Positions 29,650 through 38,667 of a DNA stretch of 64,000 bases are shown here, piece after piece. A model generated the notes under the pieces. That model ran no database searches and was not told the origin of the DNA. It saw nothing but the letters and a program-made list of their open reading frames with translations. Positions within the stretch are counted from its first letter, which is position 1. Every line of letters starts with the position of its first letter. The translations under genes were made by a program, and so were the position numbers. The DNA lies in IMG/VR virus record IMGVR_UViG_3300020156_000026, positions 1,909-65,908 of that record; one strand, given 5' to 3'. The DNA is from a virus. Its lineage: Duplodnaviria; Caudoviricetes.

Positions 29650-31593
29650 TTATCCAATGTCTACGACCTCACAGCCATCCGAAGAACAAGCCAAGGTTTG
29701 CATCCCAGAGGTGTTATCTTCTTTCTCATAATAACTAAGGTCATCCCATCGGATTTCTTTTGGCATTTTACTAAGTACTTCACTATACTTTACCTCATCG
29801 CATTCTTCATACGGAGCCTGTCGATAAGTATGGTCCGAATGAGGAAGGAACGATACACCAGAGATAAGATCAAAGTTCTTGTACACCCAAGCACCAACCT
29901 CTACCCATTCATTTTCACGAACAGAGATAGTGACTGATGGCTTGTGTTCACACCAATGAAGTTGATATGTCTTCCAGAGTTCAAGCTGTTCAATGGCTGA
30001 CATTTCATTACGTGTGACAGAACCTTCAGGTGCCATAACAGGAAAGTAGAATACAGTAGTCTGATCCGGTTTCATTACGTCCGGCTCATTCGGTACACCA
30101 CTATCCTTAAGGAACTGTGTCAGAGGATCCTTGTTATCTCCACGTACAGAGCGGATATAGTAATTGCTGTGACGAGCGTGGATACCACTAGCACTGTCAA
30201 CCAACTGCGATACAGTACCACTAGGCTTAACACAAGTAATACTAGTGCTGGCATTAATACCAATAGCAGAAGCCATATGTTCATTTACTTCAACTGCCTT
30301 TTGTTTGAGTGCTTCAAGAAGTTCTGCAAGATTACCTTCTCGACCATTAGTGAGAGGATTATCCATGATACCCGTCAGCGAAACACCAAGGAGACGTTCC
30401 TCTTCAGTATTCCTCTGCCAGATCTTACGAAGATATGGGAAGTTCGTTAGTGTACTCTGGAAAGTACCAAGGATAGTTGCCAACTCGACCTTTTCAAGAA
30501 GAGTCTCCAATGTATCCTCACGACGTACCACAACCTCGGAAAGATTACAGAACTGGTATGGACGGAGGATAATCTCCGAGCAAGGATTAGTTCCAAACTC
30601 GTGATTAGCATCCCGTCGTCCTACCTTCTTCGCTTGCTTAACAGCAGCAACACGATTGAAGATGCCTCGTTCACCACTCTTGGACTTATACAATGAGGTC
30701 CACTCCTGAAGGAATGCACCAGTGTCCGGAGTTTCTGTGAATGCAACAGAGTTGTTGGCCAGAGCCCTCTGTCCCTCATGTTCCCACCACTGACCACTCT
30801 TAGCATTACGCATACGGTCATCAGTGAGGTTACTAAGGGAAATCATCGCAGATCGGCGTACTCCACCCACCACAACGACCTCTCCAATTTTGCAGAGAAT
30901 ATCATGTGCTTCGAGGGAATTAAGTCGTCTTCCAGCAGCAGCTCTAAACTTACTAATGGTGAATCGGAACAGATCTTCGAGCGGAGCAGGGCCGGAAGCA
31001 CGGCCTCCAAATGTCTTAAGCCTAGCTCCAGCAGGGCGCACCTTCGATATGTCCCATTTTGGAACTTCACCTGAATATAGTAGCGCGATGAGTTGCCGAT
31101 AGGCTTTTGCCCAACCTTCTTTGCTATCTGATACAACAATGGTAGTGGCACTGTCGAAGAGCTGGTCTGGAACTTCCGGAAGTTTTTGAATGTACTGTCT
31201 TTCAACGGAGAACCCAACCCCTGTTCCGCAGAGCAGAATGTACATGGCTTCATCGAAGGCTTTGGGGTCATCGATCGGAAGATACGAGCAATTATATCCA
31301 GCGGTATTATCCCTTAGTAGTGCCGGTCCAGCAGTCATCATAGACCGCATAGAGGGCATTGTCTCTAGATTGTAAATGGCTTTGAACAAACGATCATAGA
31401 GATCTTCTTTTTTGTCATTATAAGAAGTACCCTTAATCGTATAGTTGTGTTTAGCTTTCAGATGCTCATCTATAAAATTGAGGTACCGATGTACGGTTTC
31501 ATCCCAGTTCTCTCGACGCTTTTCTTCTTCCAACCACTTAGCATAACGACTCTTATAAATAAATTCTTGATAATATGTATTAAATGCTGTCAA
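29650..31593 (-). CDS. nrdJ: Class II (adenosylcobalamin-dependent) ribonucleotide reductase
   Basis: YNCSY, GTNPCSEI, CNLSEV and CVKPSGTVSQL motifs; C-terminal CSSDGC; no beta subunit gene nearby. Confidence 0.92.
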   Translation of the reverse strand: MTAFNTYYQEFIYKSRYAKWLEEEKRRENWDETVHRYLNFIDEHLKAKHNYTIKGTSYNDKKEDLYDRLFKAIYNLETMPSMRSMMTAGPALLRDNTAGYNCSYLPIDDPKAFDEAMYILLCGTGVGFSVERQYIQKLPEVPDQLFDSATTIVVSDSKEGWAKAYRQLIALLYSGEVPKWDISKVRPAGARLKTFGGRASGPAPLEDLFRFTISKFRAAAGRRLNSLEAHDILCKIGEVVVVGGVRRSAMISLSNLTDDRMRNAKSGQWWEHEGQRALANNSVAFTETPDTGAFLQEWTSLYKSKSGERGIFNRVAAVKQAKKVGRRDANHEFGTNPCSEIILRPYQFCNLSEVVVRREDTLETLLEKVELATILGTFQSTLTNFPYLRKIWQRNTEEERLLGVSLTGIMDNPLTNGREGNLAELLEALKQKAVEVNEHMASAIGINASTSITCVKPSGTVSQLVDSASGIHARHSNYYIRSVRGDNKDPLTQFLKDSGVPNEPDVMKPDQTTVFYFPVMAPEGSVTRNEMSAIEQLELWKTYQLHWCEHKPSVTISVRENEWVEVGAWVYKNFDLISGVSFLPHSDHTYRQAPYEECDEVKYSEVLSKMPKEIRWDDLSYYEKEDNTSGMQTLACSSDGCEVVDIG

Positions 31594-31701
31594 TTATTCT
31601 TCGTCCTCTTCACTCTCATCTTCGTCTTCTTCTGTCTTATAGATCACACCCATCTCGATAATATCCCAATAGGTTAGATTATCGTCGTCTTCCTCTTCCA
31701 T
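31594..31701 (-). CDS. 35 aa very acidic peptide (not in the ORF track)
   Basis: MEEEDDDNLTYWDIIEMGVIYKTEEDEDESEEDEE; fills the gap between its neighbours exactly; GGAG RBS. Confidence 0.55.
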   Translation of the reverse strand: MEEEDDDNLTYWDIIEMGVIYKTEEDEDESEEDEE

Positions 31702-31986
31702 CTATTCTCCATGATATTGCCAGAGTACAGCATTACAACGACTGTGTACTGCGCCAATGGTCATTCCTGTGTTATGATTATGATGTAAATGGACGGGATA
31801 CCTTAGAAAGTTCTTAGGGAAGTTACCCCAATTAATCCACTTCTTCTTAATAAATTTAGGAGGTTCTTGATCTAAAGGATGCCCACAATGGTGACACAAT
31901 CCTTTTTGGTATTTTACATAATCCTCTCTTACTTGTCTTTTCTTTGTCCAATCAAGATCAAAATAATTACGAGGTTCCAACTTCAA
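31702..31986 (-). CDS. Endonuclease VII / HNH-like protein
   Basis: QKGLCHHC...HLHHNHNTG...GAVHSRCN. Confidence 0.7.
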   Translation of the reverse strand: MKLEPRNYFDLDWTKKRQVREDYVKYQKGLCHHCGHPLDQEPPKFIKKKWINWGNFPKNFLRYPVHLHHNHNTGMTIGAVHSRCNAVLWQYHGE

Positions 31987-32341
31987 TTACCTCTATACCA
32001 GCCTTCTTCGCAAGAGAAACCATCATTGCAGTACCCTTCCCACCAGGAAAAGCGACAACAAGATCAGGCTTGCCCTCATTCAACATCTGTTGGTTGCGAA
32101 TGTATCCAGCAGCCTTCCCATGTTTTTCCCAATCGGCAGGAAATTCCTGAAAGGGCAACCAGTTGGTGACTGCCCAATCAATAGCTAGAGTATCAGCACC
32201 CTTAGCTTTACCAGCAATGATTTTTACACCTTCTGGCATATACTCATTGTGGTATCCACGATCTTTGCAAAGTTTGTCCAGTATTGATGACAGGAATCGA
32301 TAGTCATTAAAATCCCTACCGCCACAAACTAGGATTCTCAC
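31967..32341 (-). CDS. YspA-like SLOG family protein (DUF2493)
   Basis: ILVCGGRDF, GKAKGAD, AAGYIRNQQM and AFPGGKGT motifs. Confidence 0.85.
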   Translation of the reverse strand: MRILVCGGRDFNDYRFLSSILDKLCKDRGYHNEYMPEGVKIIAGKAKGADTLAIDWAVTNWLPFQEFPADWEKHGKAAGYIRNQQMLNEGKPDLVVAFPGGKGTAMMVSLAKKAGIEVIEVGTS

Positions 32342-32739
32342 TTTACAAACTGCTCCATATCAGGTTCAAAATAGTTAGGACCCTTAAGCACTTTACCATC
32401 TTCACGATAGATAGGCTTACCGTCCTCACCAAGCTTGCTCATATTAGAGCGGTGTACTTCCTTGTAGCCAGCCTCAAGATCGAGCCCTAGAGCAACAGCA
32501 AGACCATGAAGGACATACTGTAGGTCAGAAGCCTCCTTGAGCATTTTAGCCTTAGTCTTCCTGATTGCAGCAGGGTCAGCATTAGCCTTTACCTGCATAG
32601 CCATAGTGGCCATCTCATCTGCAAGCTCCTTTACTTCCTCTGCAATGAGGGTATATCGAAACTCAAGCAGTTCAAAAGTAGGTTCTACATTGACCGGATG
32701 GCCAAAGGTTTCGTGGAATTCAGTTACTTCTTGTAGCAT
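32338..32739 (-). CDS. MazG-like NTP pyrophosphohydrolase
   Basis: LIAEEVKEL...KEASDLQYV...EVHRSNMSK...DGKVLKG. Confidence 0.85.
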   Translation of the reverse strand: MLQEVTEFHETFGHPVNVEPTFELLEFRYTLIAEEVKELADEMATMAMQVKANADPAAIRKTKAKMLKEASDLQYVLHGLAVALGLDLEAGYKEVHRSNMSKLGEDGKPIYREDGKVLKGPNYFEPDMEQFVK

Positions 32740-32828
32740 ATTTTTCTCTCAAATTATTGAAAATACGGACACGTTGTTCTTTTGAATAATCTTCTGGAAA
32801 TCTCTTTCCTTCTATGAAGACTCTTAGA

Positions 32829-33143
32829 TTAACCATCTAATTCTTCCAATTCCTTAATGATTTCGTCTTGTCGAGGGTGTCCAGTGAAGAAGTTCTTCCT
32901 AAGATAATCCTTTGTGGTATCATACCCACCAATATGTGAAGGTGCTACTTTACCACGCTCAACAAAAACTTGAGGAACCTTAGTAAAGCCCGAGTCCTTG
33001 AAGACTTTCTTCGCTTGGTCGTTCGTGTGGATATCTTGTTCATAGAAGTCATAACCATATACGTTAAGGAGTTCCTTAAGCTTCACACACCAAGGGCAAT
33101 GAAAAGCTGATGTGGTGTAGATGATGAAAAATGGCTTACTCAT
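32829..33143 (-). CDS. Glutaredoxin
   Basis: CPWC, KVPQVF and IGGY motifs. Confidence 0.9.
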   Translation of the reverse strand: MSKPFFIIYTTSAFHCPWCVKLKELLNVYGYDFYEQDIHTNDQAKKVFKDSGFTKVPQVFVERGKVAPSHIGGYDTTKDYLRKNFFTGHPRQDEIIKELEELDG

Positions 33144-33200
33144 AGTCTAAAATTCTTTCTGTACTCTTCAATAGCCTTCTCATAGGCTACCTCATTCTTT

Positions 33201-33893
33201 TTAATCAACAAGTGCAGACCAGCTAACAGGGAACAATGGTCGGATGATTTTGTCCCACTCGACTGCAAGATCTTGGATTTCTTTTTGTGCATGTGCGTCT
33301 ATCCGCAGTTTATATGCCCTAGCCCACGCAGCGAGAGAGCCAGTAACATAATACTCAGTATACATACTTTGAGGAAGAACCATACGTGCTTGCTCAGGTG
33401 CAACTCCATTTTCAAGCATCAAGTTATAAAGTTGTTGTGCATGATCAATAAAGAGATTATAAGCCTTTTTGATATCAATCTTGGCATCAATTAGTTTTGT
33501 ACCTTCACCAAAAGTACTTTCAAACTCTTTATAGTGGAGGTATTCAATAACTTCAGAACCACTCCCCTGCTTCATACTTCCCTCTGGCTTACTACGCCAT
33601 ACATCAGGAACAAAGAACTCAGGAGCATCGTCTACATAACGCCTAGAGATTTCGTTATAAGTAAACCCAACAGTGTGCTTAAAACGCTGACGAGCAACAA
33701 AAATAGGGACTCGTTCGCGCACCACCAATTGCGGATGAGTAAAAGGAGTAAAGTGTTGATGACGAGCGAGATAAGCAACCAGCTTAGCATTCTGTTCTTC
33801 CGTATAGTTTTCTGCTTCTTTAGAAAAACTAACTCTGGCGGCATTCACCACCAGAGTGTCGCTTCCCATATGATCTATGAGAGTTACTTCCAA
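33201..33893 (-). CDS. thyX: Flavin-dependent thymidylate synthase
   Basis: VNAARVSF, FVARQRFKH...NEISRRY, EQARMVLPQS and AQKEI motifs. Confidence 0.95.
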   Translation of the reverse strand: MEVTLIDHMGSDTLVVNAARVSFSKEAENYTEEQNAKLVAYLARHQHFTPFTHPQLVVRERVPIFVARQRFKHTVGFTYNEISRRYVDDAPEFFVPDVWRSKPEGSMKQGSGSEVIEYLHYKEFESTFGEGTKLIDAKIDIKKAYNLFIDHAQQLYNLMLENGVAPEQARMVLPQSMYTEYYVTGSLAAWARAYKLRIDAHAQKEIQDLAVEWDKIIRPLFPVSWSALVD

Positions 33894-34016
33894 TTATACC
33901 ACCAATAGGAATACCAAGACAACAATTGCACCAAGTGCAACCAACGGGTATTCTTTAACCAGTTCTACTGCCTTAGCTGCTGCAACTTTAGCATAATGCT
34001 TAATTAGTTCTTTCAT
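33894..34016 (-). CDS. 40 aa membrane peptide (not in the ORF track)
   Basis: MKELIKHYAKVAAAKAVELVKEYPLVALGAIVVLVFLLVV; TAATG coupling. Confidence 0.55.
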   Translation of the reverse strand: MKELIKHYAKVAAAKAVELVKEYPLVALGAIVVLVFLLVV

Positions 34017-34261
34017 TAGTCTTCGCTTCCATCTCTTTTGGGTTGCTTCTTACGATTGGTTGTACGAGAAACGACTCGGACAGATGAGTTATCGAGCTTT
34101 CCACGACGATTGCTCCCGACATGATCGACTTCTTTGCCGTCACCCTTCTTTACCTTTCCTTCTCGCATAGCCTTACGGCGAGCTGCATTACGTTGAGCCC
34201 TACGCTTTTTCTGCTCTTCACTGGCTTGCCACTTAAGTTCTTTTTCGTAATCTCTTGCCAT
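34016..34261 (-). CDS. Small HNH-like protein
   Basis: RAQRNAARR...GDGKEVDH...N..VRVVSR..NR. Confidence 0.7.
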   Translation of the reverse strand: MARDYEKELKWQASEEQKKRRAQRNAARRKAMREGKVKKGDGKEVDHVGSNRRGKLDNSSVRVVSRTTNRKKQPKRDGSED

Positions 34262-34264
34262 CCA

Positions 34265-35059
34265 TTACCTCAAATCAATTGAATATGCATCTGGCTTAAT
34301 AGCAGGAGTGAATGGTGCAATGTCAGTGGATGCTGCCTTCACTTCTTCCCTATCTCCAAGGTTAAGAAACTCTCGAATATCTCGAAGAGGTACAAACAAG
34401 GAAATATGAGAATAACTCTTAACACCCATAGAAGTGATACCAATTAGTTCATAATTACCCTTATTCTCTTGAAATAGGCCACCACCGGAATTACCACCTG
34501 CAATAGCAGGAGATGCACGAGTGAATGCTAGGTCTTCACCTGATACCTCAAGAACGGAACCCGGAAGGACTTGCTCCCCATTGTACAAACCGGGGGTAAT
34601 GGTTCTTGTCCAACCAAGAGGATAACCCGTCGCCCAAACGTTATCACCTTCTTCAACAAGCTGTTCAGTAGCAATCTTTGCCTTAGTTAGCTTTACCTTT
34701 TCATCACGCATCTTAAGTAGTGCAAGATCTCGGTTAAAAGATGTACGCTCTACTTCAAAAAAGTGATTAGAGGTAGTTACTAGCTTTGCTCCATCATACT
34801 CTTCAAGAGAGAAGTAGCCCTCTCGATCCGTTTCACTACCATTCTTAACACAGTGTCGTGCAGTCAAAAGAAAATTACCTGACTGAGGTAGATCGATAGC
34901 AACTGCGCTACAATTAGCGTTAATCTTAACTACTGGATCAATTGCTTGTTCCTTGAGGGGGGATGCATCAGAATTAAATGCATATAGTGCTACTGCTACA
35001 CCAGCAATAAAACCAAGACCGTACCTCAATGCCTTATAAATTTGAGAATTATCTGTCAA
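34265..35059 (-). CDS. Trypsin-like serine protease with N-terminal TM/signal segment
   Basis: Catalytic triad motifs LTARHC, DLALL and GNSGGG. Confidence 0.9.
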   Translation of the reverse strand: MTDNSQIYKALRYGLGFIAGVAVALYAFNSDASPLKEQAIDPVVKINANCSAVAIDLPQSGNFLLTARHCVKNGSETDREGYFSLEEYDGAKLVTTSNHFFEVERTSFNRDLALLKMRDEKVKLTKAKIATEQLVEEGDNVWATGYPLGWTRTITPGLYNGEQVLPGSVLEVSGEDLAFTRASPAIAGGNSGGGLFQENKGNYELIGITSMGVKSYSHISLFVPLRDIREFLNLGDREEVKAASTDIAPFTPAIKPDAYSIDLR

Positions 35060-35241
35060 CTATCTAGCTTTCCTTTAGTATCAAAATCAAAATGAATGAC
35101 TTCATAATCATTGTCCCACATAGCATTGATAATTTGAATATGTTGATATTCTTTTATTACTTCATCTTCCCATGCTAACTCTGTAATCAGGCGATCAAAA
35201 AGTTCACGAGGAAGTGTAATCCTTCGTGACTTAGTACTCAT
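35056..35241 (-). CDS. Hypothetical protein
   Basis: Tight gene packing. Confidence 0.55.
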   Translation of the reverse strand: MSTKSRRITLPRELFDRLITELAWEDEVIKEYQHIQIINAMWDNDYEVIHFDFDTKGKLDS

Positions 35242-35404
35242 ATACGTCGTTAATACCTTTTAGAATTTCCTCGTCAATCATACCTTGATTATACAACATC
35301 ACAAATACTTCTTCTGGGGTAAGATCGAACTTCTCTAGAACTTCTTCAAACGTATTATTCTCTAGTAGATTGGCGATGATATCCTCCAATTCATTCTTCT
35401 TCAT
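35231..35404 (-). CDS. 57 aa acidic hypothetical protein (not in the ORF track)
   Basis: GGAGG RBS; MKKNELEDIIANLLENNTFEEVLEKFDLTPEEV... Confidence 0.6.
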   Translation of the reverse strand: MKKNELEDIIANLLENNTFEEVLEKFDLTPEEVFVMLYNQGMIDEEILKGINDVYEY

Positions 35405-35573
35405 AGTCTACCTCCGTGACCCGGAGCTTTTGGCGTTTATACTCACCTTTCCTTGGGTCAATTACTCTAAGGCTAAAAGCCCCTCGGTGATCACCAGTAT
35501 CCCGAAGAGCCTTTGCCATCATGTTTCTTTTCCTAGAACGAGAGCGAGTTTCCTTTGTCTCGTAATCACTCAT
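35391..35573 (-). CDS. Basic hypothetical protein
   Basis: RNMMAKALR...KGEYKR; tight packing. Confidence 0.6.
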   Translation of the reverse strand: MSDYETKETRSRSRKRNMMAKALRDTGDHRGAFSLRVIDPRKGEYKRQKLRVTEVDYEEE

Positions 35574-35577
35574 GCTA

Positions 35578-36342
35578 TTAATTTCCGTATGCTGCCTTCA
35601 ATGCCTTAAGCGACACCCACTGAAAGTCAAAGTTACCATTTTCTACATCACGTAGGATGGCAATACCGGGACGCCAGAGCTTATTGATTTCACCTGCCCA
35701 AGGGCTATCGTAATCTTGATAACAACCTACCACAAGACCATTACGAGTGCGACCAGCCACATTAGTACGAGTAGCGAAGTCAAGCGTGTGAAGATGCCCT
35801 GCAATACAGGAAGTTCCAGTCTTGTCAATGAGCATATGAGCGGGGCGCTCACCTCCAATAGGACGGCCAGAAACACCAGTAATGAAGAAGTGAGCAAAGA
35901 GGATACCATCTAGCTCAGCAACTCCCGGAGTTCCACCTTCGTAACGAACCACTCGATCATAATAATCATCAAGCTGATAGTCTTTGAAACCAATGGTTCC
36001 TGCAAGTTCAGGAGAGAGGTCCAATGCCCGTTCAATACGGTGTTCATGATTTCCTTCCATGAATAGTCGGTATGGCATCTTCTTTTTACGGGACTTAACA
36101 GGCCCCCATACACGATCAGAGAATTCCACTCCCGACTCAATATCCTTCTTATAGGATCGACCGTGGAAATCCCTCTTACCCTTGTCGTATGATGAAAGGG
36201 AACTCATATCGAATTGGTCCCCAATATTCACAACAACATCAGGCTTTACATCAATAATCAACTGGCTAAGCCAATCTGCACGATCATTGTTAAAGTCAGG
36301 ATGGGAGTGACTATCGGGAATAATAATATATGTCTTACTCAA
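35578..36342 (-). CDS. Calcineurin-like metallophosphoesterase
   Basis: DSH, GDQFD, GNHE and GHLH motifs. Confidence 0.88.
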   Translation of the reverse strand: MSKTYIIIPDSHSHPDFNNDRADWLSQLIIDVKPDVVVNIGDQFDMSSLSSYDKGKRDFHGRSYKKDIESGVEFSDRVWGPVKSRKKKMPYRLFMEGNHEHRIERALDLSPELAGTIGFKDYQLDDYYDRVVRYEGGTPGVAELDGILFAHFFITGVSGRPIGGERPAHMLIDKTGTSCIAGHLHTLDFATRTNVAGRTRNGLVVGCYQDYDSPWAGEINKLWRPGIAILRDVENGNFDFQWVSLKALKAAYGN

Positions 36343-36677
36343 ATGTCATCCTCTTCGTCACCTACATCAGGTGCTTCTTCGACAGCAATCCATTGTGAAT
36401 ATACTGCAATATTACGACGTGTAGTACGAATCTCTTGTCGGGTTTCACGGTGGAAATACATATCCCCTGTTGTAACAGGTGCAGTAGTCGGTACGCCCCA
36501 ACCAGATACTCGGGTTGCCGTCGGACGGGCTGTAATAATTGGATTATCTATAACTTCTTCACCATTGCGATAGAAATAGGCACGTCCTTCATAGATTTCA
36601 AATCCATCAGCGTTAATGTCTATTTCATGAGCCATCAAGCTCACAGGGTCGATTGAAATAATTAGACGATATCTCAT
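36339..36677 (-). CDS. Hypothetical protein with a degenerate GDxxDDI tail
   Basis: ATGA overlaps at both ends; ends APDVGDEEDDI. Confidence 0.65.
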   Translation of the reverse strand: MRYRLIISIDPVSLMAHEIDINADGFEIYEGRAYFYRNGEEVIDNPIITARPTATRVSGWGVPTTAPVTTGDMYFHRETRQEIRTTRRNIAVYSQWIAVEEAPDVGDEEDDI

Positions 36678-37108
36678 TTAAGTTTATCCTCTGGAAATTC
36701 TTTAATTGAAAACTCAAAACCATTACGAGCGGCCCACTCTGACTGTTTGTAATAGCCACCACGTTTACGTTTCTTAACGCCACCAATTCGACCATCTGCA
36801 TAGAACACAACAAAGATTTCCTTATCAGGGTGTTGTGCTTTAACAGCTACCATCTTTTGTCTGGTATGTTGATCGAACTGTCGTCCATTACCTTTAGCCT
36901 CTACATAGAGTTTACGACCATCTTTGAATGTAATAACGAAGTCGGGACGGTACTTAGCAGTAATAACGTACTCTAATTCTTCCGGTTCGTATTCAATAAC
37001 GGCACCCTTAGGTAGCATAGCCTCGATTTGCTTATAAAGGTCGTATTCAAATTCCGAGTGAATCGTTCTCCCGTTCAGCTTTTGTGTAAACTTTTTCTTT
37101 CTAGCCAT
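36674..37108 (-). CDS. T7 endonuclease I-like resolvase
   Basis: SEFE...YEPE...YRPDF...YVEAKG (PD-(D/E)xK). Confidence 0.85.
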   Translation of the reverse strand: MARKKKFTQKLNGRTIHSEFEYDLYKQIEAMLPKGAVIEYEPEELEYVITAKYRPDFVITFKDGRKLYVEAKGNGRQFDQHTRQKMVAVKAQHPDKEIFVVFYADGRIGGVKKRKRGGYYKQSEWAARNGFEFSIKEFPEDKLK

Positions 37109-37833
37109 TAAACCTCATTCTTAGGGGCCCACAAGATGACCTCTCCGGTTTGAAAATTGTAATCTGTAGCCCTAAGGATACGAGCCAATCGGGCTTGCTT
37201 GAGGGCATCCTCTTCTGTGAGTTTCTTTTTCTCAAAAGTCTTTACCACTGCTTCCCATGAACAATCTTTGTCAAGAATTTCTTTAGCCTTAACAGGTCCG
37301 ATACCCGGACAACCACTATAGCCATCTACAGTATCACCAATGAGTGTCTGATACAGATGCCAATAGTCAGCTTCTTGTTCTGAGATTTGTTGCAATTCAC
37401 CCCCATGAATAAGAAATCCAGGGATGGTTTTCATGTCTTTATCAATGGACACAATGATTGTATTTTCCATTGAAGTGGAAAGGATACCCATTACGTCATC
37501 ACCCTCTAGTCCGGGCATAACACGGGCACCTTTTTCTTGTAGCATCCACTCTCGCACAGGCTTCAGCACGAGAGGTCGCTTCATAGAAGCTCGATTACCT
37601 TTATAAGTAGGCTCAACATCTTTTCGAAAATTGTGAGTATCAGACAGACAAAGGATTACTTCATCTGCCTCATGCTCTTCGATTAGATTGCTGATTGCTT
37701 CCTCAATAGACTTAGTGACCTTATTAAAGTCACAATACCAAGTCCAGTAACCGGGTTCTACTTCTGTAGCGACCTCATGATAAGCTGCGTGAGTGTACGC
37801 CAGTACGTCAGCGTCCACTAAGAGTGTTGTCAT
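37108..37833 (-). CDS. 5'-3' exonuclease (T7 gp6-like)
   Basis: VDAD, YKGNR, EGDDVMG, DKDM and GDTVDGYSGCPGIG motifs. Confidence 0.92.
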   Translation of the reverse strand: MTTLLVDADVLAYTHAAYHEVATEVEPGYWTWYCDFNKVTKSIEEAISNLIEEHEADEVILCLSDTHNFRKDVEPTYKGNRASMKRPLVLKPVREWMLQEKGARVMPGLEGDDVMGILSTSMENTIIVSIDKDMKTIPGFLIHGGELQQISEQEADYWHLYQTLIGDTVDGYSGCPGIGPVKAKEILDKDCSWEAVVKTFEKKKLTEEDALKQARLARILRATDYNFQTGEVILWAPKNEV

Positions 37834-38030
37834 TCAATAACTTCTACTGGAATAACCTGAACGGTTTCACCTTGCTCTCGGAGGCTTTCAGCATACCCTT
37901 CAGCAAAGCTTTCAACGTTGTCTACATCTTCCCACTGTCGAATGAAGATCCAGAAATCATCCTCATCCAACCCTGACAGATATACCATCAGGGCGTCATT
38001 ATCGTATTCGATCAAGTATTCTCTATACAT
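37830..38030 (-). CDS. Hypothetical protein
   Basis: AAGGTG RBS before MYREYL. Confidence 0.55.
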   Translation of the reverse strand: MYREYLIEYDNDALMVYLSGLDEDDFWIFIRQWEDVDNVESFAEGYAESLREQGETVQVIPVEVIE

Positions 38031-38037
38031 ATTCACC

Positions 38038-38655
38038 TTACCACGGAATGTCATCGTTAAGGTCATCCTTGAGATCAACCTTATCTTCTACCTTTTCCTT
38101 CTTATTGAAGACTTTCTCAATAGCATTCTTCTTGGGTTCCTCCTTCTTAGGAGTTTCTTCCTTTTCTTCAGAAGGATCTTCTACGTATTCAACCAACTCA
38201 AGAATATTAAGACCTTCCAGTCGGTGGCCCTTACCCTTAGCTGTGTCATACACACAGATGTTAACAAAGGCTACAGAACCATTTCCAATGAGTTCCTTTT
38301 CACCTTCTTCATGAACACCACCAGTATATTCACCCTTTGTGTACTGACGAAGGATTGCACCTTCGCTATCCCTGTAGGCAACCTTAACCTGACCAGTAAT
38401 CTGCGGTGGACAGAAGACGACAAGGTTATCACCAATTACCTTCTTGGTAGGACGACGAACAGTAATGAACTTACCATCACCATCCTTGTCATCCTTAATC
38501 TCAAGGCTAAGACCAGCCCTCTTAAACTTTTCCCACTCTTTATCGTCAACCGGGAAGATGTTTACCTTCCAACGCTCTGCGCCAGCAAACGAGTCCGGAT
38601 CATAAACCTGTGCCCACTTGAGGCGGCATTTCAATGTAACATAAGTAGTAGCCAA
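38038..38655 (-). CDS. Single-stranded DNA-binding protein (T7 gp2.5-like)
   Basis: IGNGS motif; acidic tail ending DDLNDDIPW; next to the DNA polymerase. Confidence 0.8.
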   Translation of the reverse strand: MATTYVTLKCRLKWAQVYDPDSFAGAERWKVNIFPVDDKEWEKFKRAGLSLEIKDDKDGDGKFITVRRPTKKVIGDNLVVFCPPQITGQVKVAYRDSEGAILRQYTKGEYTGGVHEEGEKELIGNGSVAFVNICVYDTAKGKGHRLEGLNILELVEYVEDPSEEKEETPKKEEPKKNAIEKVFNKKEKVEDKVDLKDDLNDDIPW

Positions 38656-38667
38656 ATTATTTTTCCT

